A stretch of 64,000 bases of DNA from contig CAXXVS010000001.1 of NCBI GenBank assembly GCA_963674755.2, positions 32,001 to 96,000 of the forward strand. Direction: 5' to 3'. The notes beneath the pieces were generated by a model that did no database searches, was not told where the DNA came from, and saw only the letters and a program-made list of their open reading frames with translations. Position numbers and translations under genes: made by a program. How positions within the stretch are numbered: position 1 is the first letter of the stretch; each line of letters opens with the position of its first letter. This stretch comes from Desulfobacterales bacterium (GTDB lineage: Bacteria > Desulfobacterota > Desulfobacteria > Desulfobacterales > UBA5852). This document shows positions 32,588 through 41,514 of the stretch, one piece after another.

Positions 32588-33620
32588 GCATCCCTACCGG
32601 GTCCTCGCCTTTTCCCTGGGGCTGACCCTGGTCATGCTGACGGCCGGCGTCTACGGGATCGAGAGCCTTTCCTGGGCCAAGGCGGCGGGCCGGTTGATCC
32701 GGCCGCTTTTGCGCCTGCTGGGCTTTATCCTGGTCGGTCTGGCGGCCGGCCAGGTGATCGAAGCCCTGGGCTGGACCCGGGCCCTGGCCATTGCCGCCCG
32801 TCCCGCGTTCCGGTTCGGCCGCCTGGGCCACCGCTGCGGGGCGGCCTTCATGGCGGCCTTCGTCTCCGGCGTAACCGCCAACGCCATGCTGGTGGAATTT
32901 TACCGAGACGATAAGATCACGCGTCCCCAGCTGTTTCTGACCAACTTCATCAATCAGTTTCCGGCCTTCTTTCTGCACCTGCCCACCACCTTTTTCATTG
33001 TTATTCCCCTGACGGGAAGGGCCGGTGGGCTCTATTTCCTGCTGACGTTTTTCGCGGCCCTGCTGAGGACCCTGCTGCTGCTGGTCTACGGCCATTTCCG
33101 GTTGCCCATGCCACTGGGCGAGGGAGCACTGCCGGATGCCGCCCAAGGGCCCAAGCGTCCATCGTGGCGGGAGGTTTGGGCCGGCGTGCGTCGTAAACTG
33201 CCCCGGCGCATGACCATGGTGGCGGTCTGGGTGATGCCCATTTATGTGGCGGTATTTCTGGCCAATACGCTGGGGTGGTTTAGCTTCATGCAGGATGCCC
33301 TGGCGCATCTGGTGGTCTCTTCCTTCATGCCCGTGGAGAGCCTCTCGGTGGTGGTTTTAAGTTTCGTGGCCGAATTCACTTCCGGCTTCGCCGCCGCTGG
33401 CGCGCTGATGTCGGCCGGTGTGCTGACCGTCAAACAAACTGTCGTGGCCCTGCTCATGGGGAATGTCCTGGCCTTTCCCATCCGGGCCCTGCGCCATCAA
33501 CTGCCCCACTATATGGGCATCTTTCAGCCCAAAATGGGCACCCAGCTGCTGGTCATGGGGCAGATCCTGCGGATCGGCAGCATCCTGGCGGTGGGCGCGG
33601 TCTATGTTCTGCTCGGCTAA
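32568..33620 (+). CDS. Nucleoside-recognition (Gate) domain membrane protein
   Basis: Multiple TM helices, RPAFRFGRL, IRALRHQLP; last gene of the cbiK operon. Confidence 0.65.
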   Translation: MARRRNRHPYRVLAFSLGLTLVMLTAGVYGIESLSWAKAAGRLIRPLLRLLGFILVGLAAGQVIEALGWTRALAIAARPAFRFGRLGHRCGAAFMAAFVSGVTANAMLVEFYRDDKITRPQLFLTNFINQFPAFFLHLPTTFFIVIPLTGRAGGLYFLLTFFAALLRTLLLLVYGHFRLPMPLGEGALPDAAQGPKRPSWREVWAGVRRKLPRRMTMVAVWVMPIYVAVFLANTLGWFSFMQDALAHLVVSSFMPVESLSVVVLSFVAEFTSGFAAAGALMSAGVLTVKQTVVALLMGNVLAFPIRALRHQLPHYMGIFQPKMGTQLLVMGQILRIGSILAVGAVYVLLG

Positions 33621-33627
33621 TTCCCTG

Positions 33628-33787
33628 TTGACCCGGCCACGGCTTTTCGCTACATTGCCTACCCAACTGCGGGGCGAACCCCGCCGACGGCTTGATTCAT
33701 CCAAATAATCGTTATCTTTCGCCACGGCATAAGCGCCACGAAGGTGCCCTTCCCCATGAAGGTGGGCGGCTTGCGTGGCGTTTTTTT
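33628..33787 (+). promoter_or_regulatory. Internal promoter plus structured leader ending in an intrinsic terminator
   Basis: TTGACC-N17-TACATT (33628-33656); hairpin 33669-33684; stem CGCCACG(33734-40)/CGTGGCG(33774-80) followed by T7, just before SD GGAGG. Confidence 0.65.
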
Positions 33788-33804
33788 ATGCATGGAGGAA
33801 AGTT

Positions 33805-34587
33805 ATGTCCAGATTGGCAGGCAAAATGATCGGCGCGGCAATGGTGACGGTATTTCTGATGGCAGGGACGGCCGGGGCGCATTTCGGGATGGTGATCCCC
33901 TCAGACAACATGGTCATGCAGGATGATGCCCGCAGCGTCGATGTCACTCTCAGCTTTTCCCACCCCATGGAAATGGTGGGCATGGACCTCGTCAAGCCCA
34001 AGGTCTTCAGCGTCCGGGCCAACGGGGAAATGCAGGATCTGCTGGGCCAGCTGCAGTCCACCAAGGTCATGGACCACCAGGCCTGGAAGACCGCCTACAA
34101 GGTCAAACGCCCGGGCGTCTACATGTTCGTCATGGAACCCCAGCCCTACTGGGAACCAGCCGAAGACTGCTACATCATTCACTATACCAAGACGGTGGTG
34201 ACGGCTTTCGGCGACGACGAGGGGTGGGACGAAGAGGTGGGGTTGGCCACCGAAATCGTCCCGTTGTCCAAACCCTACGGCCTTTACGCCGGCAATCTCT
34301 TCCAGGGCATCGTCAAGCTCAACGGAAAGGCCGTGCCCAATGCCGAAGTGGAAGTGGAGTATTATAATCAGGACCACAAGGCGACCGCCCCTACGGATTA
34401 CATGGTCACCCAAACCATCAAGGCCGACCAGAACGGGGTGTTTTCCTACGCGGTGCCCCAGGCCGGCTGGTGGGGATTTGCCGCGCTGAACACGGCCGAT
34501 TACAAACTCAAGGCCGACGGCGAGGACAAGGACGTGGAGCTGGGTGCCGTGATCTGGATCAAGTTCGAACCGTGGCAGACCAAGTAG
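33805..34587 (+). CDS. DUF4198 (NikK/NikM-like) periplasmic Ni/Co uptake component
   Basis: Signal ending AGA then HFGMVIPS; PYWEPAED, GWWGFAAL; upstream of cbiM. Confidence 0.85.
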   Translation: MSRLAGKMIGAAMVTVFLMAGTAGAHFGMVIPSDNMVMQDDARSVDVTLSFSHPMEMVGMDLVKPKVFSVRANGEMQDLLGQLQSTKVMDHQAWKTAYKVKRPGVYMFVMEPQPYWEPAEDCYIIHYTKTVVTAFGDDEGWDEEVGLATEIVPLSKPYGLYAGNLFQGIVKLNGKAVPNAEVEVEYYNQDHKATAPTDYMVTQTIKADQNGVFSYAVPQAGWWGFAALNTADYKLKADGEDKDVELGAVIWIKFEPWQTK

Positions 34588-34784
34588 TGCCCATCCGTAA
34601 ATAGCATCTCTCGGCCCCTGGCGGCATTCTCGCCTCCTGTCGGTTCTCGGGCGTAGCCCGGCTACGCCTGTGGGCGCCAGTCGGCGGTGATTTGTTGAAC
34701 ACCGATGTGCCCAAAGATCAGACATGAAATCCCGCGCTGTGCGCCGGGACCAGGAACCAAAATCTGCCATTTATGGATGGGCAC
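34587..34784. repeat. MITE-like palindromic repeat, copy 2
   Basis: Terminal inverted repeats GTGCCCATCCGTAAATAGCA / TGCCATTTATGGATGGGCAC; internal GGCGTAGCCCGGCTACGCC palindrome; begins in the TAG stop of the DUF4198 gene. Confidence 0.8.
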
Positions 34785-34877
34785 GAAGGAAGACCGTCCC
34801 GCATTGCTGCAGGACATGGCGGTCACCGTCCGGCCTGCCCGGGCGGCGGCCATACGGTTACACAGAGAAGGTTGCCC

Positions 34878-35516
34878 ATGCATATTTCCGAAGGTGTTCT
34901 CTCGGGCCCCGTGCTGCTCACCGGCGGCGCCCTGGCGGCGGCCGGTACGGCTGTCGGGCTTAAAACCCTGGATTACGATCATATCGCCCGGGTGGGCCTG
35001 CTGTCGTCGGCTTTTTTCGTGGCCTCGCTGATCCATGTGCCCATCGGTCCATCCAGCGTACATTTGATTTTAAACGGCCTGGTCGGGTTGATGCTGGGCT
35101 GGGCGGCTTTTCCGGCTATTTTGGTGGCCCTGATCCTCCAGGCCGTGTTTTTTCAATTCGGCGGGTTGACCACCTTGGGTGTCAATACCGTGATCATGGC
35201 CGGGCCGGCCGTGGTCTGCCACTATCTGTTCGGGCCGCTGGTGGTCCGGAACAACCGCATGACGCTGCCCGCCGCCTTTGCCTGCGGATTTGCCGGCACG
35301 TTGTTGGCGGCCGTGGTGGCCGGTGCGGCTTTGATGTTCACTGAAACAGGTTTTCTGGAAGTCACGTTGCTGATCATGACGGCCCACCTGCCGGTCATGG
35401 TGATCGAAGGGCTGATCACACTATTCTGCGTGGCGTTTTTCCGGCGGGTGCAGCCGGATCTTCTGCCGATGAGCGGCGGCGATTTCGTTGCACCGGCCGA
35501 AAGGAAGGGACCATGA
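34878..35516 (+). CDS. cbiM: ECF-type Co/Ni transporter S component
   Basis: N-terminal MHISEGVL metal-binding motif, SVHLILNGL, FGGLTTLGVN. Confidence 0.92.
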   Translation: MHISEGVLSGPVLLTGGALAAAGTAVGLKTLDYDHIARVGLLSSAFFVASLIHVPIGPSSVHLILNGLVGLMLGWAAFPAILVALILQAVFFQFGGLTTLGVNTVIMAGPAVVCHYLFGPLVVRNNRMTLPAAFACGFAGTLLAAVVAGAALMFTETGFLEVTLLIMTAHLPVMVIEGLITLFCVAFFRRVQPDLLPMSGGDFVAPAERKGP

Positions 35517-36148
35517 AACAGGAAAACGATGGGGCGATCTGGCGGACGCGAGTCGTCGCAGGGTCTATCTTGGGAATTGCGGCAGGATTGTTCCTGCTGC
35601 TCGCTCCGGTCCGGGCACTGGCCCACAAAGTCACGGTCTTCGCCTGGGTGGAAGGTGACACCGTCCATACCGAGAGCAAATTCAGCGGCGGGCGGGTGGC
35701 CAAGGAGGCCCGGATCGAAGTCTATGATGCCGCCGGGCAAAAACTCCTCGAAGGCCGGACCGACGACCAGGGACGCTTTATCTTTAAACCCCCACGCCCG
35801 GAAGCCCTGCGCATCGTTTTGATTGCCGGCACCGGCCATCAGAACGAATGGCGCGTAGCCGCCGACGAATTCACCGATGCGCCCGCGTCCACCGCCCCGG
35901 CGACGCCAGCCCCCGCATCGGCCCCGTCTTCCACGGGCAAGGCTGGGAGCGGCACGCTGACCCTTTCCCCCGGCGAGTTCCAGACACTGATCGATCAGGC
36001 CCTGGACCGGAAGCTGGCCCCCATCATGCACCGTTTGGTAGCGCTCGATAAGGGGCCTTCCGTGAGTGATATCCTCGGGGGGATCGGTTATATCATCGGC
36101 CTGGTGGGCCTGGGGGCCTACCTTCAATCACGGCGCAAAAGCGGATAG
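35513..36148 (+). CDS. Accessory Ni/Co ECF component (NikL-like)
   Basis: Signal ending ALA then HKVTVFAW; AGTGH; C-terminal TM ILGGIGYIIGLVGLGAY. Confidence 0.7.
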   Translation: MKQENDGAIWRTRVVAGSILGIAAGLFLLLAPVRALAHKVTVFAWVEGDTVHTESKFSGGRVAKEARIEVYDAAGQKLLEGRTDDQGRFIFKPPRPEALRIVLIAGTGHQNEWRVAADEFTDAPASTAPATPAPASAPSSTGKAGSGTLTLSPGEFQTLIDQALDRKLAPIMHRLVALDKGPSVSDILGGIGYIIGLVGLGAYLQSRRKSG

Positions 36149-36152
36149 CGTC

Positions 36153-36905
36153 ATGATTGCCGAACCACTGGCCTATGGTGATTCTTTTTTACACCGCATC
36201 GATCCCCGGCTGCGAATCGTCGTGGCGGCCCTGTTTTCCTGCAGCGTAGCGGTATTTCATGCCCTTGCGGCCCTGCTGGCGGCCTGCCTGTTAGCCCTGC
36301 TGCTTCTTTTGGTGTCAGGTTTGGATTGGCGGGAAATCGGCCGCCGGATGGCGGTGCTGCTGGGGTTTTTGCTGCTGCTGTGGTGCCTGCTGCCCCTCAC
36401 CTATAAGGGAGATGTCCTGGGGCGGGTGGGTCCTTTGACGTTCTATTGGCCGGGGGTTCTGCTCTCGAGCCAAATCACCTTGAAATCCCTCGCCATCGTT
36501 GCGGTCTTCACCGCCCTGGCGGCCACGATTCCGATCAATACCCTGGGGCAATCCCTGGCCCGCTTGCATGTGCCCGCCAAGCTCGTTTACCTGTTGCTGA
36601 TGTGTTACCGCTATATCTTTGTGATTGAGCAGGAATACCGTCGTTTGGTGGCCGCGATGAAGATCAGGGGCTTTCAGCCCCGGACCAACCTGCATACCTA
36701 CCGCAGCTATGCCTACCTGGTGGGCATGCTTTTCGTGCGGGCGGCAAGCCGTGCGGACCGCGTCCACCAGGCCATGCGTTGCCGGGGCTTCGACGGCCGC
36801 TTTCATTCCTTGGCCGTATTCCCGGCTCATCCGGTCAATCGATGGTTTGCCGCTACGGCCGCATCTGCTATGATCGTTCTCCTCTGGATGGAGTGGTTTT
36901 TTTGA
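36153..36905 (+). CDS. cbiQ: ECF transporter T component
   Basis: LHRIDPR, YRYIFV, AMKIRGF, AMRCRGF. Confidence 0.92.
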   Translation: MIAEPLAYGDSFLHRIDPRLRIVVAALFSCSVAVFHALAALLAACLLALLLLLVSGLDWREIGRRMAVLLGFLLLLWCLLPLTYKGDVLGRVGPLTFYWPGVLLSSQITLKSLAIVAVFTALAATIPINTLGQSLARLHVPAKLVYLLLMCYRYIFVIEQEYRRLVAAMKIRGFQPRTNLHTYRSYAYLVGMLFVRAASRADRVHQAMRCRGFDGRFHSLAVFPAHPVNRWFAATAASAMIVLLWMEWFF

Positions 36906-36962
36906 AAAAACGGCAGGGATTCGGCATGCCCCTGTGGATTCCCCGAAGGAGAGGGCCCCTAC

Positions 36963-37757
36963 ATGATCGCGGATCAAGATCGGATGCCGGTGGTTCTGGT
37001 GGCATCCGGAACGGCAACGCAAGCATTCGATACTTATCGACAGATCGAAGCGGGATGCCGCCGCTGCTTCCCGGGGCATCCCTTCCACCTGGCGTTTTCT
37101 TCACGCGCCATCCGCAGGCGCGCCCATGAAACAGCGGGCGTGCAACTGGCGACGCCACAAGCCGTTCTGGAACAGCTGGCCCGATCCGGCCATCGCCAGG
37201 CGGTGATTCAATCCCTCCATTTGATCTGCGGTCTTGAATTCCATCAGATGGTCTGGAAGGCTGCCCAGGGCCCTCTGGAACTACATCTTGGCCTGCCCCT
37301 TCTGGCATCTCCCGATGACTTCGAGGCCGTTCTGGCTTGGATTGCCGCCGTCCGTCCCGGGCAAGGGGAGGATGGCCTGGTACTGGTGGCCCATGGGACG
37401 GATCACCCGGCCTGGATGGCCTATGCTCTTTTGAGGGCGAAAATGGCGGCCCGTTTCGGGGATAAGATTTTTCTGGGGCAGGTGAAGGGCGGCCCCGCCC
37501 CGGCGGTGGTGGCCGAACGGCTGGCGGCCGCCGGCTGCCGTCGGGTGCACTTGCGCCCCTTCATGCTGGTGGCCGGCGCGCATTTCATGAAAGATGTGGC
37601 CGGCGATGGGCCCACCTCCTGGAAGGCGCAATTGGGCAAACAGGGTCTGACCGTCATTCCCCAAGGGGAAGGTTTGGGAACCCACCCGGCGGCGGTCGCT
37701 CTTTTTTGCCGTCACATCAAGGCGGCCCTCGCCGCCCCACCCTTGAAACTGGATTGA
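36963..37757 (+). CDS. Second CbiK-family chelatase (no signal peptide)
   Basis: LAFSS, QSLHLICGLEFH, AHGTDHP, PFMLVAGAHFMKD. Confidence 0.8.
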   Translation: MIADQDRMPVVLVASGTATQAFDTYRQIEAGCRRCFPGHPFHLAFSSRAIRRRAHETAGVQLATPQAVLEQLARSGHRQAVIQSLHLICGLEFHQMVWKAAQGPLELHLGLPLLASPDDFEAVLAWIAAVRPGQGEDGLVLVAHGTDHPAWMAYALLRAKMAARFGDKIFLGQVKGGPAPAVVAERLAAAGCRRVHLRPFMLVAGAHFMKDVAGDGPTSWKAQLGKQGLTVIPQGEGLGTHPAAVALFCRHIKAALAAPPLKLD

Positions 37758-37766
37758 AACGCAATC

Positions 37767-38504
37767 GTGGCGAACCACGATCAGAACAATTCCTTAATTT
37801 CGTTACGGGACATCCATTTCGGTTATCCGGGCAGGCCCCAGGTTCTCAACGGCCTGGACTTTGATCTTTTCCAGGGCGAGCGGGTAGGATTGGTGGCCCC
37901 CAACGGCAGCGGCAAGACGACCCTGTTTCATGTGATCATGGGCCTTTTGAAGCCGGCCAGGGGCCAGATCCGGCTGTTCGGCCGCCTTGTCGAGACCGAA
38001 GCCGATTTTGCATCGGCAAGGCGCCGTATCGGATTGCTCTTCCAGGATGCCGACGACCAGCTCTTCAGCCCGACGGTTCTGGAGGATGTGGCCTTCGGGC
38101 CCCTCAACCTGGGCAAAAGCCGTGACGACGCCATCGATGTGGCCCGCCGCACCTTAGCCGGATTGGGGCTGTCCGGTTTTGAAGACCGGGTGACGTTTCG
38201 TCTTTCAGGCGGCGAGAAGCGGCTGGTGTCGTTGGCCACCGTTTTGGCCATGGAGCCCGAGGTTTTGCTGCTGGACGAGCCCACCAGCGGTTTGGATGAT
38301 AAGACCCGCCATACCCTGACCCATCTGATCCAGGGGTTTGAATTGGCCTACGTGGTCATTTCGCACAACGTCCGCTTTCTCGCTGAAATCACCACAAAAA
38401 CCTATTCCATGGCCGACGGCCGCGTTCTGGTGGATGAAGAAGTCCATTTTCACGAACACGTACATGCCCATCGTCATGGCCAGGTACCGCATCGTCACGA
38501 GTAG
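37767..38504 (+). CDS. cbiO: ECF ATPase with His-rich C-terminal tail
   Basis: APNGSGKTT, FQDADDQLFSPTVLEDVAFGP, LSGGEKR. Confidence 0.9.
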   Translation: MANHDQNNSLISLRDIHFGYPGRPQVLNGLDFDLFQGERVGLVAPNGSGKTTLFHVIMGLLKPARGQIRLFGRLVETEADFASARRRIGLLFQDADDQLFSPTVLEDVAFGPLNLGKSRDDAIDVARRTLAGLGLSGFEDRVTFRLSGGEKRLVSLATVLAMEPEVLLLDEPTSGLDDKTRHTLTHLIQGFELAYVVISHNVRFLAEITTKTYSMADGRVLVDEEVHFHEHVHAHRHGQVPHRHE

Positions 38505-38718
38505 GCCAAATGGGGGGTTATGGGTTATATCCCATTGTAATTACGCCATTTTTTTTTGGCACTGCCAAATACTGATGGCGCTTGGCCGCCTGAATCTCGT
38601 GCTTCCAAACGGCGTTAAAGTATCATCCTCCATTTCCCCAGCGATTTATCTGCCGAATATATTTGGTATTCCGGTTGCGGACCGCAGCGGCCTGTTCTGT
38701 GATGGGTTTAGCGGCAAC

Positions 38719-38734
38719 TGGTATATTCCTTGCA
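38719..38734 (+). promoter_or_regulatory. Sigma54 -24/-12 promoter
   Basis: TGGTATATTCCTTGCA matches the TGGCAC-N5-TTGC spacing; palindrome TTTGGCA-C-TGCCAAA at 38555-38569 upstream. Confidence 0.7.
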
Positions 38735-38846
38735 TTTTGTGCATCGCTGTGCAATTCGTTGATCCTATTCATCAGAGCCCTTACGGGTATCTCACAATGA
38801 TGTCTGCTCCGGCAGCTAATCATTTTTATTATTGGGGAGGAAAAGC

Positions 38847-40931
38847 ATGACGCAATCAATTTACAGCCTCTGTTTCATGTGCTCGGTGCGGTGCCCGATC
38901 AGGGTTGAAGTCAAGGACGGGCAGGTGAAATGGATTGAAGGCAACCCTCACGTGGCTGGCATGGAGGGCAGTCTGTGCCCCAAAGGAGCAGCGGGGATTT
39001 CGCTGCAGTACGACGCCCAGCGCGTCCAAAGTCCGATGATTCGCGAAGGCGATCGCGGCGAAGGCAAATGGCGCAAGGCTTCCTGGGACGAAGCGCTCGA
39101 CTACGTGGCGGAAAAACTCAAGACCGTTATCGACACTTACGGCGGGAAAAGTGTGGTGCTGGGGGAACGCGCCAACCTGGCCACCCATGTCAGCAAGACC
39201 TTTCTTAAGGCGATTGATTCACCCAACCATTTCACCCACGATGCCCTCTGCAAGGGGTCGGTCAACACGGCCTGCCGCAGTCTCTTCGGCTATACCGACG
39301 CCCAAATGGGCATGGACTACAAGAACGCCCGCCACGTCGTGCTCTACGGACGCAATATGTTCGAAGCGGTATCGGTCAAGGAGGTCAACAGCCTGATGGG
39401 GGCCCTGGGCAAAGGCGCCAAACTGACCTATATCGACCCCCGCGTCACGATCACCGCCACCAAGGCCCACCGCTACTGGATGATCAGGCCGGGAACCGAT
39501 CTGGCCCTCAACTATGCCCTAATGAACGTGATTCTCGAGGAGCGCCTCTACGACAGCGCTTTTGTGGATCGCTGGGTGGAGGGCTTGTCCGACCTTCAGG
39601 ACTTTGTGCGGCCCTATACACCGGAATGGGCGGAAAAGGAAACGGGGGTGGCGGCCGATCAAATCAGGGACCTGGCCCGGGAGCTGAGCAAGGTCAAACC
39701 GGCGGTCATCTTCCATTACGGTTATCGGGGAGCCCACCATGCCCACGAAATTTATTTGCGGCGCTCGATCCTGATCCTCAATTGCCTCATGGGCAGCATC
39801 GAAACCCCGGGCGGTTTGTTCTTCAAAAAGGGCCCCGGCGCGGCCGGCGGCAAGCCCGCCCGCAAACTGACCGAACAGGCATTGCCCAAGCCCGACAAGC
39901 CGCGTTTCGACAAAGTGGGAACCAAGGATTTCCCCCTGCCGGACAGCGCCCACGGCGTGGCTCAGATGTTGGCGCCGGCCATCTTGAACGAGGATCCCTA
40001 CCCGATCAAAGCCCTGATCATCAATCGCCTCGACCCGATGAAGTCGATCCCCGACACCAACCAGATGAAGGAGGCCCTCAAAAAGCTCGACCTGGTCGTG
40101 GCTGTGGACGTCAACTACAGCGACCTGGCCTGGTATGCGGATGTCATCCTGCCGGAATCCACCTATCTGGAACGCACCGATTGTGTCCAGCAGGCCAATG
40201 GCCTGAAACCCCAGATGTTTTTGCGGCGTCAGGTCGTGGGCCCGCGCTATGACACCCGGGAGTACTCGGTGATCATGCGGCAGCTGGCCGAACGGCTCGG
40301 GATCGAGAAGTATTTCCCTTACACCACCATGGATGAATTGGTCGCGTGGCAGTTGGAGGGCACCGGATTCACCATGAAGGATTTCGAGGCCAAGGGCTTT
40401 GTGGCCTACGGGAAAAACCAGATTTTCTGGGATCGTTTGGAAGACTTGAAATTGAAGACCCCTTCCGGGAAGATCGAATTCCGGTCGTCACTCCTGGAAG
40501 ACGCGGGATATGAATCATTTCCGGCCTACACACCGGTTCCGGAAGACCGGAAGGACACCTTCCGGCTGGTGGTGGGCCGGGTGGCCCTGCACACCCATGT
40601 GTCCACCCAGAACGTGCCCTATCTGAACGAATTGTTTTCGGAAAACGTTTTGTGGATCAATGCCGCCAAGGCGGCGGCGCTCGGCATCAAAACCGATGAT
40701 CTGGTGGAGATTAAATCCAAGGCCGGTTCCGGGATTCTCAAGGCCTATGTGACCGATATGATTCATCCGGAAGCCGTTTTCATGGTGCACGGCTTCGGGC
40801 ATGAAGCCAAGCTGGCGGCCCGCTCTTACAACAAGGGTGTTTCCGACAGTGTGCTGCAGGAAAACATTACCGACCGGGTTGGTGGAAGCCCGGCGCTGCA
40901 CGATACCTTTGTGACCGTGAAGGCGGCCTAA
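38847..40931 (+). CDS. Molybdopterin oxidoreductase catalytic subunit (PsrA/PhsA-like), no Tat signal
   Basis: CFMCSVRC...LCPKG [4Fe-4S] motif at the very N-terminus, IRPGTDLA, YADVILP, molydop-binding C-terminal domain. Confidence 0.9.
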   Translation: MTQSIYSLCFMCSVRCPIRVEVKDGQVKWIEGNPHVAGMEGSLCPKGAAGISLQYDAQRVQSPMIREGDRGEGKWRKASWDEALDYVAEKLKTVIDTYGGKSVVLGERANLATHVSKTFLKAIDSPNHFTHDALCKGSVNTACRSLFGYTDAQMGMDYKNARHVVLYGRNMFEAVSVKEVNSLMGALGKGAKLTYIDPRVTITATKAHRYWMIRPGTDLALNYALMNVILEERLYDSAFVDRWVEGLSDLQDFVRPYTPEWAEKETGVAADQIRDLARELSKVKPAVIFHYGYRGAHHAHEIYLRRSILILNCLMGSIETPGGLFFKKGPGAAGGKPARKLTEQALPKPDKPRFDKVGTKDFPLPDSAHGVAQMLAPAILNEDPYPIKALIINRLDPMKSIPDTNQMKEALKKLDLVVAVDVNYSDLAWYADVILPESTYLERTDCVQQANGLKPQMFLRRQVVGPRYDTREYSVIMRQLAERLGIEKYFPYTTMDELVAWQLEGTGFTMKDFEAKGFVAYGKNQIFWDRLEDLKLKTPSGKIEFRSSLLEDAGYESFPAYTPVPEDRKDTFRLVVGRVALHTHVSTQNVPYLNELFSENVLWINAAKAAALGIKTDDLVEIKSKAGSGILKAYVTDMIHPEAVFMVHGFGHEAKLAARSYNKGVSDSVLQENITDRVGGSPALHDTFVTVKAA

Positions 40932-40964
40932 CCGACACCGGATGAACGCTATCGGAGGATTTTC

Positions 40965-41483
40965 ATGAGTAAATACTACCTCTTTCAGGATACCAAAAAG
41001 TGCATTGGCTGCAATACCTGCACGATCCAATGCAAAAGCAACAAAAACCTGCCCTTGGGCCCCAAGATCAGCCAGATCATTCCGGTGGGGCCCAAGATGG
41101 TGGGAGGACTGCCCCGGGCGACCTATGTGTTCATGCCCTGTTTCCACTGCGAAGACCCCTGGTGCGTCGCAGCTTGCCCCACCGGCGCCATGCAGAAACG
41201 GGCCAAGGACGGCATCGTGTTTATCGACCACAGCCTGTGTGTGGGCTGTAAAGCCTGTATTACCGCCTGCCCCTGGGGAGCCCCCCAGTGGAACCCGGAG
41301 ACGGGCAAAGCGGTCAAATGTGACTATTGCATGGACCGGGTGGATCAGGGCCTCAAGCCGGCCTGCGTCACCGTATGCACCACCCATTGCCTGGAGTTCG
41401 GTACGAACGTGGATGAGATCGTCAACGTGCGCAAGCAGCGGCATGCCGAAGCGGTGGCCGCCCTGGACAGCAACGCCCCCTGA
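40965..41483 (+). CDS. 4Fe-4S electron-transfer subunit (PsrB/DmsB-like)
   Basis: CIGCNTC, CFHCEDPWCVAACP, CVGCKACITACP, KCDYC. Confidence 0.92.
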   Translation: MSKYYLFQDTKKCIGCNTCTIQCKSNKNLPLGPKISQIIPVGPKMVGGLPRATYVFMPCFHCEDPWCVAACPTGAMQKRAKDGIVFIDHSLCVGCKACITACPWGAPQWNPETGKAVKCDYCMDRVDQGLKPACVTVCTTHCLEFGTNVDEIVNVRKQRHAEAVAALDSNAP

Positions 41484-41514
41484 TCGTGCGGGGTAAGGGA
41501 TGGAGAGGTTTGAG

